Shown piece after piece: positions 40,371-49,430 of a DNA stretch of 58,358 nt. Within the stretch, counting starts at the first letter, position 1; the number at the start of each line of letters is the position of its first letter. Source of the DNA: Candidatus Berkelbacteria bacterium Licking1014_7 (GTDB taxonomy: Bacteria; Patescibacteriota; UBA1384; GWA2-35-9; CG2-30-39-44). A program made the position numbers and the translations under genes. The stretch covers positions 1 to 58,358 of the forward strand of contig VMGK01000002.1 of NCBI GenBank assembly GCA_007376535.1, given 5' to 3'. The notes beneath the pieces are model-generated. The model saw only the letters and a program-made list of their open reading frames with translations. It ran no database searches and was not told the DNA's origin.

Positions 40371-41720
40371 TTAATATGCTCCTCTTCCTTTCAAAACCAC
40401 CCCAATCGTCTTGATTAAAATAATCAGATCAAGCCACAGCGACCAGTTTTCAATATAATAAACATCCAAGCGCACCCATTCGTCAAAGTCCAAATCCGAT
40501 CTGCCAGAAACCTGCCAGAGTCCGGTGATGCCCGGCTTTATACCCAATCGTCTTTTATGCCAAGCGCTATAATGCTTAACTTCTTCGGACATGGGCGGGC
40601 GCGGACCAATCAGCGACATCTCGCCCCGCAAAACATTAAAAAATTGAGGCAGTTCGTCAAGCGAGTATTTGCGCAAAAATTTACCAAATCCAAAAACCCG
40701 CGGATCGTCTTTCAACTTAAACATATTACCGTATTTTTTAATATATTCTGTATGCAATTTATGAGCGTCGGGAACCATCGTGCGAAATTTCAAAAACCAA
40801 AATTCTTCACCCAATCCAACTCTTTTTTGTCGGAAAAAAATCGGACCGTTAGGCGAAGAAATTTTTATTCCCAAAGCGCAAAAAATAAAAACTGGCGACA
40901 ATATCAAAATTAAAATTAAACCAGCCACAATATCAAAAATTCTTTTATAAATCGCGCCCCAGCCGAACAGCGGCGTGCGTTGATATTCAATAATCGGTAT
41001 GCCAGCCAAAAGCGTAAGATCTATTTTTGACGACTGGACTTTGAAAAGATTGGGAATTACCTTAAATCCAATCCCCTTTTCCTGACAATATTCCAAAAGA
41101 TTTGAAATTTGTTTTTCGCTTGCCAAAGTATCTGCCACAATCACTTCATCAATCCCTTCGCCCAAAACCGATAAATTTTTAGTAAAAATATTATGATCCA
41201 GAATTTTTACGATTTTATACCCCCAACTTTTATCATTTTTCAAACTGTTAATTACGGTTTTAGCCAAACCGTGATTGCCGATTATTGCCACCCGAATAAT
41301 TCCAACATCAAATTTATACAAATAGTGCTGTAAAAAATTTAAAATAACCCGATAAATCGAGACAAATAAAATCGAAAATCCCAGCGCGTAAAAAATCACC
41401 AAGCGGGAAAAGAAGTCGGTTCTTGATAAAAATATATATGAAATAGCCAGAAGTGTTGAAGCAAAAGAACCAATCACTACTCGCGAGAGTTCCTCAAATC
41501 CCCGTCCTTTTTCTTGGGGAATATAAAGTTTTAGAAAAACAAAAATAATTACCCACAAAAAAGCGATACCAAGAGTAAATCTCAAATATTCGTTAAAACC
41601 CCAAACATAATCATATTCAAAATAGGTTCGGATAAAATAAGCCAGCAAAAATGCCGCTGAGACAAAAATATAATCCAGTGGAACTTTTACCGCGCTAAAA
41701 ATTATCTTTGATCTTTTCAT
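40371..41720 (-). CDS. polyprenyl-phosphate sugar phosphotransferase (WbaP/bacterial sugar transferase family)
   Basis: N-terminal TM helices and a C-terminal catalytic domain (PRPPMSEEV..., GITGLWQVSGRSDL, YIENWSLWLDL). Confidence 0.9.
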   Translation of the reverse strand: MKRSKIIFSAVKVPLDYIFVSAAFLLAYFIRTYFEYDYVWGFNEYLRFTLGIAFLWVIIFVFLKLYIPQEKGRGFEELSRVVIGSFASTLLAISYIFLSRTDFFSRLVIFYALGFSILFVSIYRVILNFLQHYLYKFDVGIIRVAIIGNHGLAKTVINSLKNDKSWGYKIVKILDHNIFTKNLSVLGEGIDEVIVADTLASEKQISNLLEYCQEKGIGFKVIPNLFKVQSSKIDLTLLAGIPIIEYQRTPLFGWGAIYKRIFDIVAGLILILILSPVFIFCALGIKISSPNGPIFFRQKRVGLGEEFWFLKFRTMVPDAHKLHTEYIKKYGNMFKLKDDPRVFGFGKFLRKYSLDELPQFFNVLRGEMSLIGPRPPMSEEVKHYSAWHKRRLGIKPGITGLWQVSGRSDLDFDEWVRLDVYYIENWSLWLDLIILIKTIGVVLKGRGAY

Positions 41721-41726
41721 TTAATC

Positions 41727-41755
41727 ATTCTAACAAAAAATGCCAGGAATTTCAA
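41727..41755 (-). promoter_or_regulatory. TTGAAA-N17-TAGAAT promoter with the -10 box 6 nt from the ATG (leaderless architecture)
   Basis: The reverse complement reads TTGAAA ttcctggcattttttgt TAGAAT gattaa ATG. Confidence 0.5.
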
Positions 41756-41782
41756 GCCGAATCGTAAATTTGCCCTAGAAAG

Positions 41783-41806
41783 AAAAAATCTCGCTTGACT
41801 GCGAGA
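41783..41806 (-). terminator. rho-independent terminator TCTCGC-agtcaa-GCGAGA-TTTTTTCTTT
   Basis: Inner hairpin of a longer stem at 41775..41820, downstream of the 74-aa gene. Confidence 0.65.
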
Positions 41807-41901
41807 CCTTTTCTTTCTAGACCTGCTGCGGAATAACCTTTCATAACGAAACGCAGTAGAAAAGGTTGTTTCGCAGCAGGTCTCCTGAAAAATTGAAAAA
41901 A

Positions 41902-42126
41902 CTATCTTTCTTTTTCTTTTTCTTTTATTTTTCTTGCCATAGGTAGGCCAGTTCTTTCATTTTCCATTAATTCATAGCCCGCCGGAAGTTCATCAAGCGC
42001 GTCAGCCGGTCTTACATCGCGCGCAAAAAAATAAATTCTTTGTAGGCGACCTCCACGCAGGGTTACCTCTTTGCTATGAAGATAATATGTATCGCCTGTC
42101 TTTTTGGACTTGACTGAATATGCCAT
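41902..42126 (-). CDS. orphan 74-aa basic protein (TYYLHSKEVTLRGGRLQRIYFFA...LPAGYELMENERTGLP)
   Basis: ATG with GGAGGTGAT SD, plus its own promoter-like sequence and terminator. No family name recalled. Confidence 0.65.
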   Translation of the reverse strand: MAYSVKSKKTGDTYYLHSKEVTLRGGRLQRIYFFARDVRPADALDELPAGYELMENERTGLPMARKIKEKEKER

Positions 42127-42183
42127 CAGATATCACCTCCTTCTTTTGTGTTATATTTAACCTGTAATTTTACTATTTATACT

Positions 42184-42211
42184 ATCATAACCCGTCAATT
42201 AGGTTTGTCAA
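42184..42211 (-). promoter_or_regulatory. promoter-like TTGACA-N16-TATGAT for the 74-aa gene
   Basis: Reverse complement of 42184..42211. Confidence 0.4.
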
Positions 42212-42374
42212 GCCCCTACCATAAATTTATATACTGAGCAGGTTGAGATACATCGGTAACAAATCTGGTATAATTAAGTCCTTAAAATCTATCTCAGCCC
42301 GCCCAACATCATTCAGCCTTTCTTTGAAAACAATATCTCTCCCCAGACATTTTACCAAACGTCCCCTATCCCCC

Positions 42375-42510
42375 TACCATCAATTTTCAATTTTCAATTT
42401 CTAATTTTCAATCAATTTTCAATGACACAATTTTCAAACATTCCTGTTTGTTACATTGAAACATTGTAAATTCAATGTAAATTGAGAATTGTAAATTGAA
42501 AATTCAATGC
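42375..42510. repeat. module I, inverted copy of 17150..17300
   Basis: See 17150..17300. Overlaps the last about 25 codons of fmt. Confidence 0.8.
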
Positions 42511-43210
42511 GCAAAAATTCTTGCCACTTGATCGCTTTTTTGCCTTCAAGTTGAACGATTAATGGACAAAATTTATTTTGTCGCATTTCTGCTTTATGAA
42601 TAATTAGCCGTTTATCTCCAAGCATCAAATATGCTTTTGGTTTGGGAAAAAGCGCGCGCGTTCTAGCATACGCCTGACTGGGATTTTTTAAAAGTTCGTT
42701 GGGTAAAATAATTCTGTCTTTATCTGTAATTTTTTTTGTCCAGGTCTCTAAGTGATGATTTTGCTGGATCGCTTTGATTTTTCCTGATAGATACAAAGGA
42801 ATAATGATAGACAAATTTTCTGTGGCACCGCGCGCAATTTTTTTGGTTAATGTTTTGCAGGTATCATTTTTTGCGATCGCAATTTTTTCCTGCGCTAACA
42901 TTTTACCGTGATCAATTTTTTCATCCATCACAATTATGGTAAAACCAGTAAATTTCATATTTTTCATAATAGCAGTTTGTATCGGCGTCGCGCCTTTGAG
43001 TTTGGGCAGTAATGACGGGTGCGCATTTAAGAAACGATTGGGATATTGATTCAAGACATTTTGGGATACTTTTTTTCCGTAATTTGCCACAATCCAAAGA
43101 TTAGGTTCTTCATCATCAATAATAAATTTTTCGCTTAAGCCATTTTTAATAATTTCAAAAAATTCCCCCTGCCCCAAAAGACCAATTTTAATTTTTGTCT
43201 TCATAATCAA
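42434..43210 (-). CDS. fmt: methionyl-tRNA formyltransferase
   Basis: NAHPSLLPKLKGATPIQTAI motif, downstream of def. Confidence 0.88.
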   Translation of the reverse strand: MIMKTKIKIGLLGQGEFFEIIKNGLSEKFIIDDEEPNLWIVANYGKKVSQNVLNQYPNRFLNAHPSLLPKLKGATPIQTAIMKNMKFTGFTIIVMDEKIDHGKMLAQEKIAIAKNDTCKTLTKKIARGATENLSIIIPLYLSGKIKAIQQNHHLETWTKKITDKDRIILPNELLKNPSQAYARTRALFPKPKAYLMLGDKRLIIHKAEMRQNKFCPLIVQLEGKKAIKWQEFLRIEFSIYNSQFTLNLQCFNVTNRNV

Positions 43211-43661
43211 TAATCAATTTTCCATTCAAATGATCTATCTCGTGCTGGAGAACGCGCGCCAGCAAGTCCTTGGCTTTAATTTTAATTCTTTCACCTTTTT
43301 CATTTTGTCCCAAAACCACCACTTTTATACATCTTGCGATCGCAATTTTTTTACCCAGCACTGACAAACAGCCCTCTTTATCAATTAAGGTTTCTTTTGA
43401 TCGCGAAATAATTTTCGGGTTGATGATAATCCGAATTTTTGATTTGATATTTTCTGGATCAGTATTTACCAAAATCATTTGTTTTGAAATTCCAATTTGA
43501 TTTGCCGCCAGTCCAATTCCTTTATTTTCAAATTTGAATTTTTCCATCACCTGAATTTCAGACAAAAGCGCTTTATCAAAAATACTCACCCTTTGAGTTT
43601 TTTTTCTTAAAAAAGGATCAGGATAGATTCTGATTTGATACTGATTATTTTGCTCTGGCAT
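43188..43661 (-). CDS. def: peptide deformylase
   Basis: GIGLAANQIG, EGCLS and HEIDHLNG motifs. The ATG at 43661 is preferred over 43685. Confidence 0.94.
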   Translation of the reverse strand: MPEQNNQYQIRIYPDPFLRKKTQRVSIFDKALLSEIQVMEKFKFENKGIGLAANQIGISKQMILVNTDPENIKSKIRIIINPKIISRSKETLIDKEGCLSVLGKKIAIARCIKVVVLGQNEKGERIKIKAKDLLARVLQHEIDHLNGKLIIDYEDKN

Positions 43662-44811
43662 TTTGAATTTTTTGATATAGATCAATCAGTTTATCAGTTT
43701 GCTTGACTGATGTAAAGTGTCTGGCTTTGGCCAAACCGTTTTTTCTGAATTTTTGCAAAAGTTTTGGATTTTGCAATAGTTTTATAATCGCCTCAGTGAA
43801 TTTTTGCTGGTTGTTTGCCACCAAAAATCCGTTATAACCAGAATTTATAATATCGGTTGGTCCAAGTTTATTGACTGCCACTGGCACCGCGCCGCCTGCC
43901 ATTGCTTCTAAAATCACAATTCCTTGCGTATCAGTAATAGACGGAAAACAAAACAAATCGCATGTACCAAAATATTTTTTGGTTTCATCGGGATCCACAA
44001 AACCCGGCATAATCACATTTTTTGCTAAATTTAATTTTTTAACCAAGTTCTGATAGGTATTTTCCTGCGGACCGCTGCCTAAAATTATCAAATAAGTATG
44101 GGAAATTTGTTGATTGATTCGCCTGAAACTTTCAATCAGCATTGAGACATTTTTTTCATACGCCAACCGTCCGACAAAAAGCAGGAGGCGCGCGCCGGGC
44201 GCGCTAATTTTATGCTTTTTCAAAATATAATTTTTATTATGAAACTTAAAATCGGACAATTTTATACCAGTGGAAATAACTTCAATTGGTTGAGTAATGC
44301 CATAGCGCCGCATAATTTTTTTCATTGCCAGCGAGGGACTGATCACCGCGTCAAGTTGATTGCAAAATTTTCGGCTTTTGTGACGGATGAATGATTTTAT
44401 CGCATTTTTGGTTGGCGAAAATTTTGACAATACTGGCACTTTATGACTATACTCCTCCATCAAAGTATGATAGGTTGCCACCAGCGGGATATTTAACTCC
44501 CGGGCGCATCTCAAGGCAAACTCAGCCAATGTCCAAATATGATGAGTATGGATTATATCCGGCGCAATCATTTTCACTGTTTCAAAAGTAATTTGATTGG
44601 GCAAGGCCAGAAAATAATCAAGGTCTTTATTCAGCGGTAGAGACGGCGTCCGAAACACATTTTTTTCATCTTGGTTAGACCGAGGATTTTCTGGCGCTAA
44701 AATATAAACTTGATGCCCGCGCTTCTCTAATTCTTTCTTAAAAGTATCAATTGAAATCACCACGCCATTGATGGTTGGGTGATAGACCTCTGTCACGAAA
44801 AGTATTTTCAT
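43645..44811 (-). CDS. glycosyltransferase, GT4/group 1 family
   Basis: N-terminal MKILFVTEVYHPTINGV and C-terminal TQGIVILEAMAGGAVPVA. Confidence 0.85.
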   Translation of the reverse strand: MKILFVTEVYHPTINGVVISIDTFKKELEKRGHQVYILAPENPRSNQDEKNVFRTPSLPLNKDLDYFLALPNQITFETVKMIAPDIIHTHHIWTLAEFALRCARELNIPLVATYHTLMEEYSHKVPVLSKFSPTKNAIKSFIRHKSRKFCNQLDAVISPSLAMKKIMRRYGITQPIEVISTGIKLSDFKFHNKNYILKKHKISAPGARLLLFVGRLAYEKNVSMLIESFRRINQQISHTYLIILGSGPQENTYQNLVKKLNLAKNVIMPGFVDPDETKKYFGTCDLFCFPSITDTQGIVILEAMAGGAVPVAVNKLGPTDIINSGYNGFLVANNQQKFTEAIIKLLQNPKLLQKFRKNGLAKARHFTSVKQTDKLIDLYQKIQNARAK

Positions 44812-46682
44812 AAAATTATTAGACTTATTACGAAATAACCTTTTCTACCGTCATTCAATCTCTTGCAGTAAAATAATTTAACTCTTTTGAGGTATAATTG
44901 ATTTTCAGCACGCTCGTCGCCCCAGCACGGCTCCTCGCTCGTCCTCGCCTCGCTCGGTCGCCGCGGCGACCACCGTGCCCGCTCGGTTTTTTTGATTTTG
45001 AAAATTTGTTGCCAGCCGTTTTCAATTTTCGTATCTGAAAAAATTTCCCCTCCCTGTTTAATTAGATTATAACTGATTTTTTTAATTTTGTCAGGAGTTA
45101 TTTTTTTAGGGCAAGAAATTTTTACGAGTTCGTCTTGCGGCATAATTCCAATTTCTTTTCTTAAATCAAACAATTTTTGCGCAAAATCAGCGCTTAAAAA
45201 ATTTTGAATTTTTGCGAGCGCCTCGTTGTCTTTAACATAAAAAATAATTTTTTCGCCCAAGTTAAAAATTTTTCTTAACAGATAATATAGAGATTCATTA
45301 AAAAATGGATCGGGATTATTGAGTAAATATTCCGGAAAAATTATATGGCAAATGTTAAATCGTTTTAACGGATAAGAAAAAGCCCGATAAGTTGATATTA
45401 GATTTCTGGGGTTTTTGGTCAAAAAAATATTATCTCGATCTAAAATAATCAAGTCCCTTAAAATTTTTTGAGCGCTTTGATAAAAAGATCTGATTGAAGG
45501 CGAACTATTTTTGAATTTAGCGCCTGAGCATTTTGGACAGATAAGCGGAATATCTTTTTCAAGTTTGCATCTAACGCAGATTAATTTTTTCCTCTCGGAA
45601 TTAACTGACAAACTCGTTTGGCATCTTTCACATTTTGCCACTGTTTGACAATTAGCGCAAACGAGCGCCTTAAAGTCATAGTTAAAAGGAAAAAATATAA
45701 AATTGCTTTTTTGCGGCTCTAAGTTTTTCAAAAGACCATATTCAATATTCGGGGTTATGGCAAAAGACAGTTTGCTTTTATCAAAATTTTCATTTTTGAA
45801 AGTAAAAATCGGATAGCCATCATCTGAAAAAATTGGTCTTGCCCCGGTAATCTGAGCGCGCAGTTTTGCCATTTCCCAAATATCAAATTTGGGGTTTTGA
45901 TCTTTTATATACAATCCAGCCAAATAATCGTCAATGATAATATTCTGGCAATTTTTAAGCGGGACAAAAAGCGCGGACCAAGCGCCAATAATAATTGAAA
46001 TTTTTCCGCTTAAAGCATCAAGATATATTTGAGAAGTCCTAGCAAGAGAAAGTTGAGAATGATATAAAACCGAGCCCTTAATAAATTTACTCAAAATTTT
46101 CGCTTGAATAATTTCTGGCAAAATGACAATGCTGGCTGCGGCGCTGGCGATTTCTTTAATTTTTTTCCAACGGATCAATTTGCTTTGTGCGATAAATTGC
46201 TTCTGCCATGAACCTAAGTCCGCGGTGCGGGGGCTTACTTCGCCCACGCTTACAAAACTCTGATTTTCACTCTCAATTAATTTTTTGGAGAAATCGGGCA
46301 AAATACTAAATAGCGCTTTTCCAAAAGAAACCGAGTATAATTTAGCCGTATATTTTGCCAATTCAATCTGCCATTTTTGAACCACTGGCGCGCCATAGAC
46401 CTTTTTAATGCTTTTTGTTTTGTAAACCCCCACACCTTTATAGCCGTGCCCACACACCAATGTATTGGTGGTGGGGGCGTGGCTTTCTCTAAGGGTGTGG
46501 GGGTAAAATGTTTTTTGGGTTTTATTTAACTGAATTATAATCCCGGTTTTATTTTTACCGGAAAAATCAACCAAACAAATCTGCCCGACCTTTGCATAGA
46601 GCAATTGTTCGGGTTTTATTTTGTAATCAAAAAGTTGAAATTGTTTTTGGGTTTTCAGATTGACGCAAACTTTAGCGATCAT
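44808..46682 (-). CDS. priA: PriA-like primosomal protein N' with degenerate ATPase motifs
   Basis: The N-terminal VCVNLK...FDYKIKP...GQICLVDFSGKNKTGIII resembles the PriA 3'-DNA-binding domain. Cys cluster CANC..CERC...CVRC...CPKC. No GxGKT, and DDYL in place of DEEH. The ATG at 46682 is preferred. Confidence 0.65.
   Translation of the reverse strand: MIAKVCVNLKTQKQFQLFDYKIKPEQLLYAKVGQICLVDFSGKNKTGIIIQLNKTQKTFYPHTLRESHAPTTNTLVCGHGYKGVGVYKTKSIKKVYGAPVVQKWQIELAKYTAKLYSVSFGKALFSILPDFSKKLIESENQSFVSVGEVSPRTADLGSWQKQFIAQSKLIRWKKIKEIASAAASIVILPEIIQAKILSKFIKGSVLYHSQLSLARTSQIYLDALSGKISIIIGAWSALFVPLKNCQNIIIDDYLAGLYIKDQNPKFDIWEMAKLRAQITGARPIFSDDGYPIFTFKNENFDKSKLSFAITPNIEYGLLKNLEPQKSNFIFFPFNYDFKALVCANCQTVAKCERCQTSLSVNSERKKLICVRCKLEKDIPLICPKCSGAKFKNSSPSIRSFYQSAQKILRDLIILDRDNIFLTKNPRNLISTYRAFSYPLKRFNICHIIFPEYLLNNPDPFFNESLYYLLRKIFNLGEKIIFYVKDNEALAKIQNFLSADFAQKLFDLRKEIGIMPQDELVKISCPKKITPDKIKKISYNLIKQGGEIFSDTKIENGWQQIFKIKKTERARWSPRRPSEARTSEEPCWGDERAENQLYLKRVKLFYCKRLNDGRKGYFVISLIIL
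44818..44870 (+). repeat. module G copy
   Basis: See 34988..35050. Confidence 0.85.
44891..44986 (-). repeat. module C truncated copy, read through by the priA-like ORF
   Basis: Matches the reverse complement of 4871..4966. Confidence 0.85.
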
Positions 46683-46752
46683 ATTACTAAACAAATAAGA
46701 ATTAAAAATGAAGAATTTACAATTGAAATAGTAAATCAAAAATTTCTTAATT

Positions 46753-46790
46753 GCCTGCCCCGTAATCCCGCCAAGGCGGGATGTTCGGGG
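46753..46790 (-). repeat. module A copy
   Basis: GCCTGCCCCGTAATCCCGCCAAGGCGGGATGTTCGGGG. Confidence 0.9.
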
Positions 46791-46854
46791 TAATTTAATT
46801 TCTTCATTCTACCCCGCCTGCATTCAATCTCTTGCAAAAATAGGTGATTATTCC

Positions 46855-46895
46855 CCCGCCTGCTAATCGCCTGAGCGATAGCGATGGCGGGCAGG
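46855..46895 (+). repeat. module B copy
   Basis: CCCGCCTGCTAATCGCCTGAGCGATAGCGATGGCGGGCAGG. Confidence 0.9.
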
Positions 46896-47093
46896 TCTTT
46901 TGCAAACCCGCCGTCGTTCAATCTCTTTGAGAAGTAGATGATTATTTCTTTTCTCAAATTAGATTTCACTTTGGCGGGCGCGGTAGATTTCATTTTGGCG
47001 GGCAGGCATTTTGAGATTTGAATTTTGAGATTTGAGATTGAATCTTTTATTCATTCTTAATTTTAATTTAATAAAGAATGCCAGTCGGATTCT

Positions 47094-47678
47094 TTATATT
47101 AATCTTAAATGATTAAACGGATAAAAAATTACAAAAACTCTGCCTTCAAATTGCGAAAAATTAACCGCTCCGATTACGCGCGAGTCCTTTGAATTTTGCC
47201 GATTATCTCCAATTACAAAATACTCATTATCCTGCAAAACATATATTTTTGACTCCAACGATTGACTGCTTGTATTTGTATTGATTGCGTCAGGCAGATA
47301 TGGCTCGTCTAATTTATAGCCATCAACATAAATTTTGTTGTTGACAATTTTGACGGTTTCGCCGGGTAAACCAATAATTCTTTTGATATAACTGTCAGGA
47401 GAATCAGTTGGGTTAAACACAATCACATCGCCCCGTTTGGGCGCGGAAAAACGATAAGAAATTTTATCCACTAACAAATATTCATTATCGTGAAAATTCG
47501 GCTCCATAGACACGCCTTCAATCACAAAGGTCTGAATTAAAAAATTCTTGATCGCAAAAGCGATAATCAACATTATGGCAGCGGTCTTGACTATTTCAAT
47601 CGCAAAATTAATGATTTGACTGATAGTCAAGTTTATTCTCATCCATTTTGATTTTGAACGATCGTTGGACTTTGTCAT
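47094..47678 (-). CDS. lepB: signal peptidase I
   Basis: GVSMEPNF, GDVIVF, YIKRIIGLPGE and GDNRQNSKDSR motifs. Confidence 0.93.
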   Translation of the reverse strand: MTKSNDRSKSKWMRINLTISQIINFAIEIVKTAAIMLIIAFAIKNFLIQTFVIEGVSMEPNFHDNEYLLVDKISYRFSAPKRGDVIVFNPTDSPDSYIKRIIGLPGETVKIVNNKIYVDGYKLDEPYLPDAINTNTSSQSLESKIYVLQDNEYFVIGDNRQNSKDSRVIGAVNFSQFEGRVFVIFYPFNHLRLI

Positions 47679-49369
47679 TTGAAAAATTTTTGATGAAGTT
47701 GTTTCAAGGTCTTAATTTCCTTTTGGATATTAAATCTTTTGCGCTTTTTGAAATTAATAATAATTTCTTTGTACAAATCGCTTACCAAAGTTGACGGCAA
47801 AATCACTCTTTCCGCGCCAGCGCGGTAAAGTTCAATCGCTTCTTCGGGCGTATTTGCCATTACGAAAATAATACTGTTTTTATTGACTTGGCTGATTTTT
47901 TTGACTAATTGCAGATTATCGTGAAAATCGTGCGTCGTGGAAATTATCATTGAAGCCCTTTCCAACCCCAAAGCATTGATAAACTCCGGGTCCCCCATAT
48001 CTCCGTAAATTGAAGGAATGCCCGCCTCAGACAAGATCTTAATCACATCAGGATTAAAATCAACCACCAGCATATTATGCTTGATTTTTTGTAATGACTC
48101 AAGCACTTGTTTGCCAATATGATCCGCGCCAAAAACAATCACATGGTCGGTTAATTCCGCTGGAATTTTTATTTTATCTTCAGCCATTATACCAGAACTT
48201 TTTTCAAAAATTTTCAAAAATTTAGCCAGACGATAATAAATATTATCAATATGCTCGATTAAAATGGTAGAAATTATTATGGAAATAATACCGATAATAG
48301 TAAGTTCAGAGCCAAGTGTTTTGGTAATAATTTCACGCGACACGGCAATCGCAATGATTAAAAAAGAAAATTCTGATACTTGCGCCAGGGTAATCGCGGT
48401 TTGGAAAGAAGTCCGCCGTCGATACCCAAGCGCGCCCATCAAAATCATCACAATCAATGTTTGACCCACGATAATAAATAAAATCCAAATGACAATCTGC
48501 GCTAAATTCCACTGAGAAAAATCAAAAACCACATTCAAACCCAATGTGACAAAAAATAAAGTGATAAAAAAATCTCGCAACGATTTGGTTTGGGCAGAAA
48601 TTTCCAAACGATAGGGCAAAGACGCCAGCGCCACGCCGGCTAAAAATGCGCCTATTTCCAAACCAAATCCTAAAATATAAGAAGAAATTGCCATAATAAA
48701 CGCCCAGCCAATACTGGCGATTAAAAGCAATTCTGTTGAATGCGCCATTCTCTTAAAAATAATCGGCAAAAGTTTTTGCTTAAAAACATAAATCAAAATT
48801 ACTAACATAAAGACCTTGACAATATTTAGAGCCAACGTTTGAGTGGCGCTAATATTGTTCAAATCCTGCGATCCGTATAAAAAAATCAAAGCAACAATCG
48901 CCACCAAGTCCTGTATCATAAGAACGCCAATAGAAATTTTTCCATAAAGCGAGTTAATGTCTCTTCGATCGGATAAAAGTTTAACCACGATTACCGTGCT
49001 GGAAAAAGCAAAAATCAACGCAATATAGAATCCAATGATGGTTTGATAACCAAAAGATAAAGCCAAAAAATATCCCACTAGCCCAGTAGCGATAATCTGC
49101 CCGATTCCAATAATTATCGCTTGCTTTGAAAATTGCTTGATTTTTGACCAACTGAGTTCTAAACCAACCATAAAAAGCATTAGCGCCACGCCCAGCGACG
49201 AAAGATTTTCAATAATTTCTTTGTCAGTAATAATTCCCAAAAAATTTGCGCCCAAAAAAATTCCCGCTAAAATATAAGCAACGATTAAAGGCAAATTAAA
49301 AAGACGCAGAATTACTCCTGAAATTGCCGCCGCGATAAAAATAACGCCAAGATCAACAATCAGTTCCAT
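47675..49369 (-). CDS. Kef-type (CPA2) cation:proton antiporter with C-terminal TrkA-N/RCK domain
   Basis: About 12 TM helices followed by VIVFGADHIGKQV, a Rossmann-type GxGxxG-like motif. Confidence 0.85.
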   Translation of the reverse strand: MELIVDLGVIFIAAAISGVILRLFNLPLIVAYILAGIFLGANFLGIITDKEIIENLSSLGVALMLFMVGLELSWSKIKQFSKQAIIIGIGQIIATGLVGYFLALSFGYQTIIGFYIALIFAFSSTVIVVKLLSDRRDINSLYGKISIGVLMIQDLVAIVALIFLYGSQDLNNISATQTLALNIVKVFMLVILIYVFKQKLLPIIFKRMAHSTELLLIASIGWAFIMAISSYILGFGLEIGAFLAGVALASLPYRLEISAQTKSLRDFFITLFFVTLGLNVVFDFSQWNLAQIVIWILFIIVGQTLIVMILMGALGYRRRTSFQTAITLAQVSEFSFLIIAIAVSREIITKTLGSELTIIGIISIIISTILIEHIDNIYYRLAKFLKIFEKSSGIMAEDKIKIPAELTDHVIVFGADHIGKQVLESLQKIKHNMLVVDFNPDVIKILSEAGIPSIYGDMGDPEFINALGLERASMIISTTHDFHDNLQLVKKISQVNKNSIIFVMANTPEEAIELYRAGAERVILPSTLVSDLYKEIIINFKKRKRFNIQKEIKTLKQLHQKFFK

Positions 49370-49375
49370 AAATTG

Positions 49376-49384
49376 ATTATAGCA
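49376..49384 (-). promoter_or_regulatory. extended -10 (TGcTATAAT) 6 nt upstream of the antiporter ATG
   Basis: The reverse complement reads TGC TATAAT caattt ATG. Confidence 0.45.
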
Positions 49385-49395
49385 TCATTTGACGC

Positions 49396-49424
49396 TTGAC
49401 AAAATCGGCTCGTTGATTTAGGAT
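49396..49424 (+). promoter_or_regulatory. TTGACA-N17-TAGGAT promoter with the -10 box 6 nt from the ATG of the DksA/TraR-like gene
   Basis: TTGACA aaatcggctcgttgatt TAGGAT aaaaat ATG. Confidence 0.5.
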
Positions 49425-49430
49425 AAAAAT

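Noticed and set aside
46736-46993. 85-aa minus-strand ORF upstream of the priA-like gene
   Set aside because: It lies entirely within a mosaic of modules A, B and G. It owes its openness to the GC-rich repeats and shows no initiation signals.
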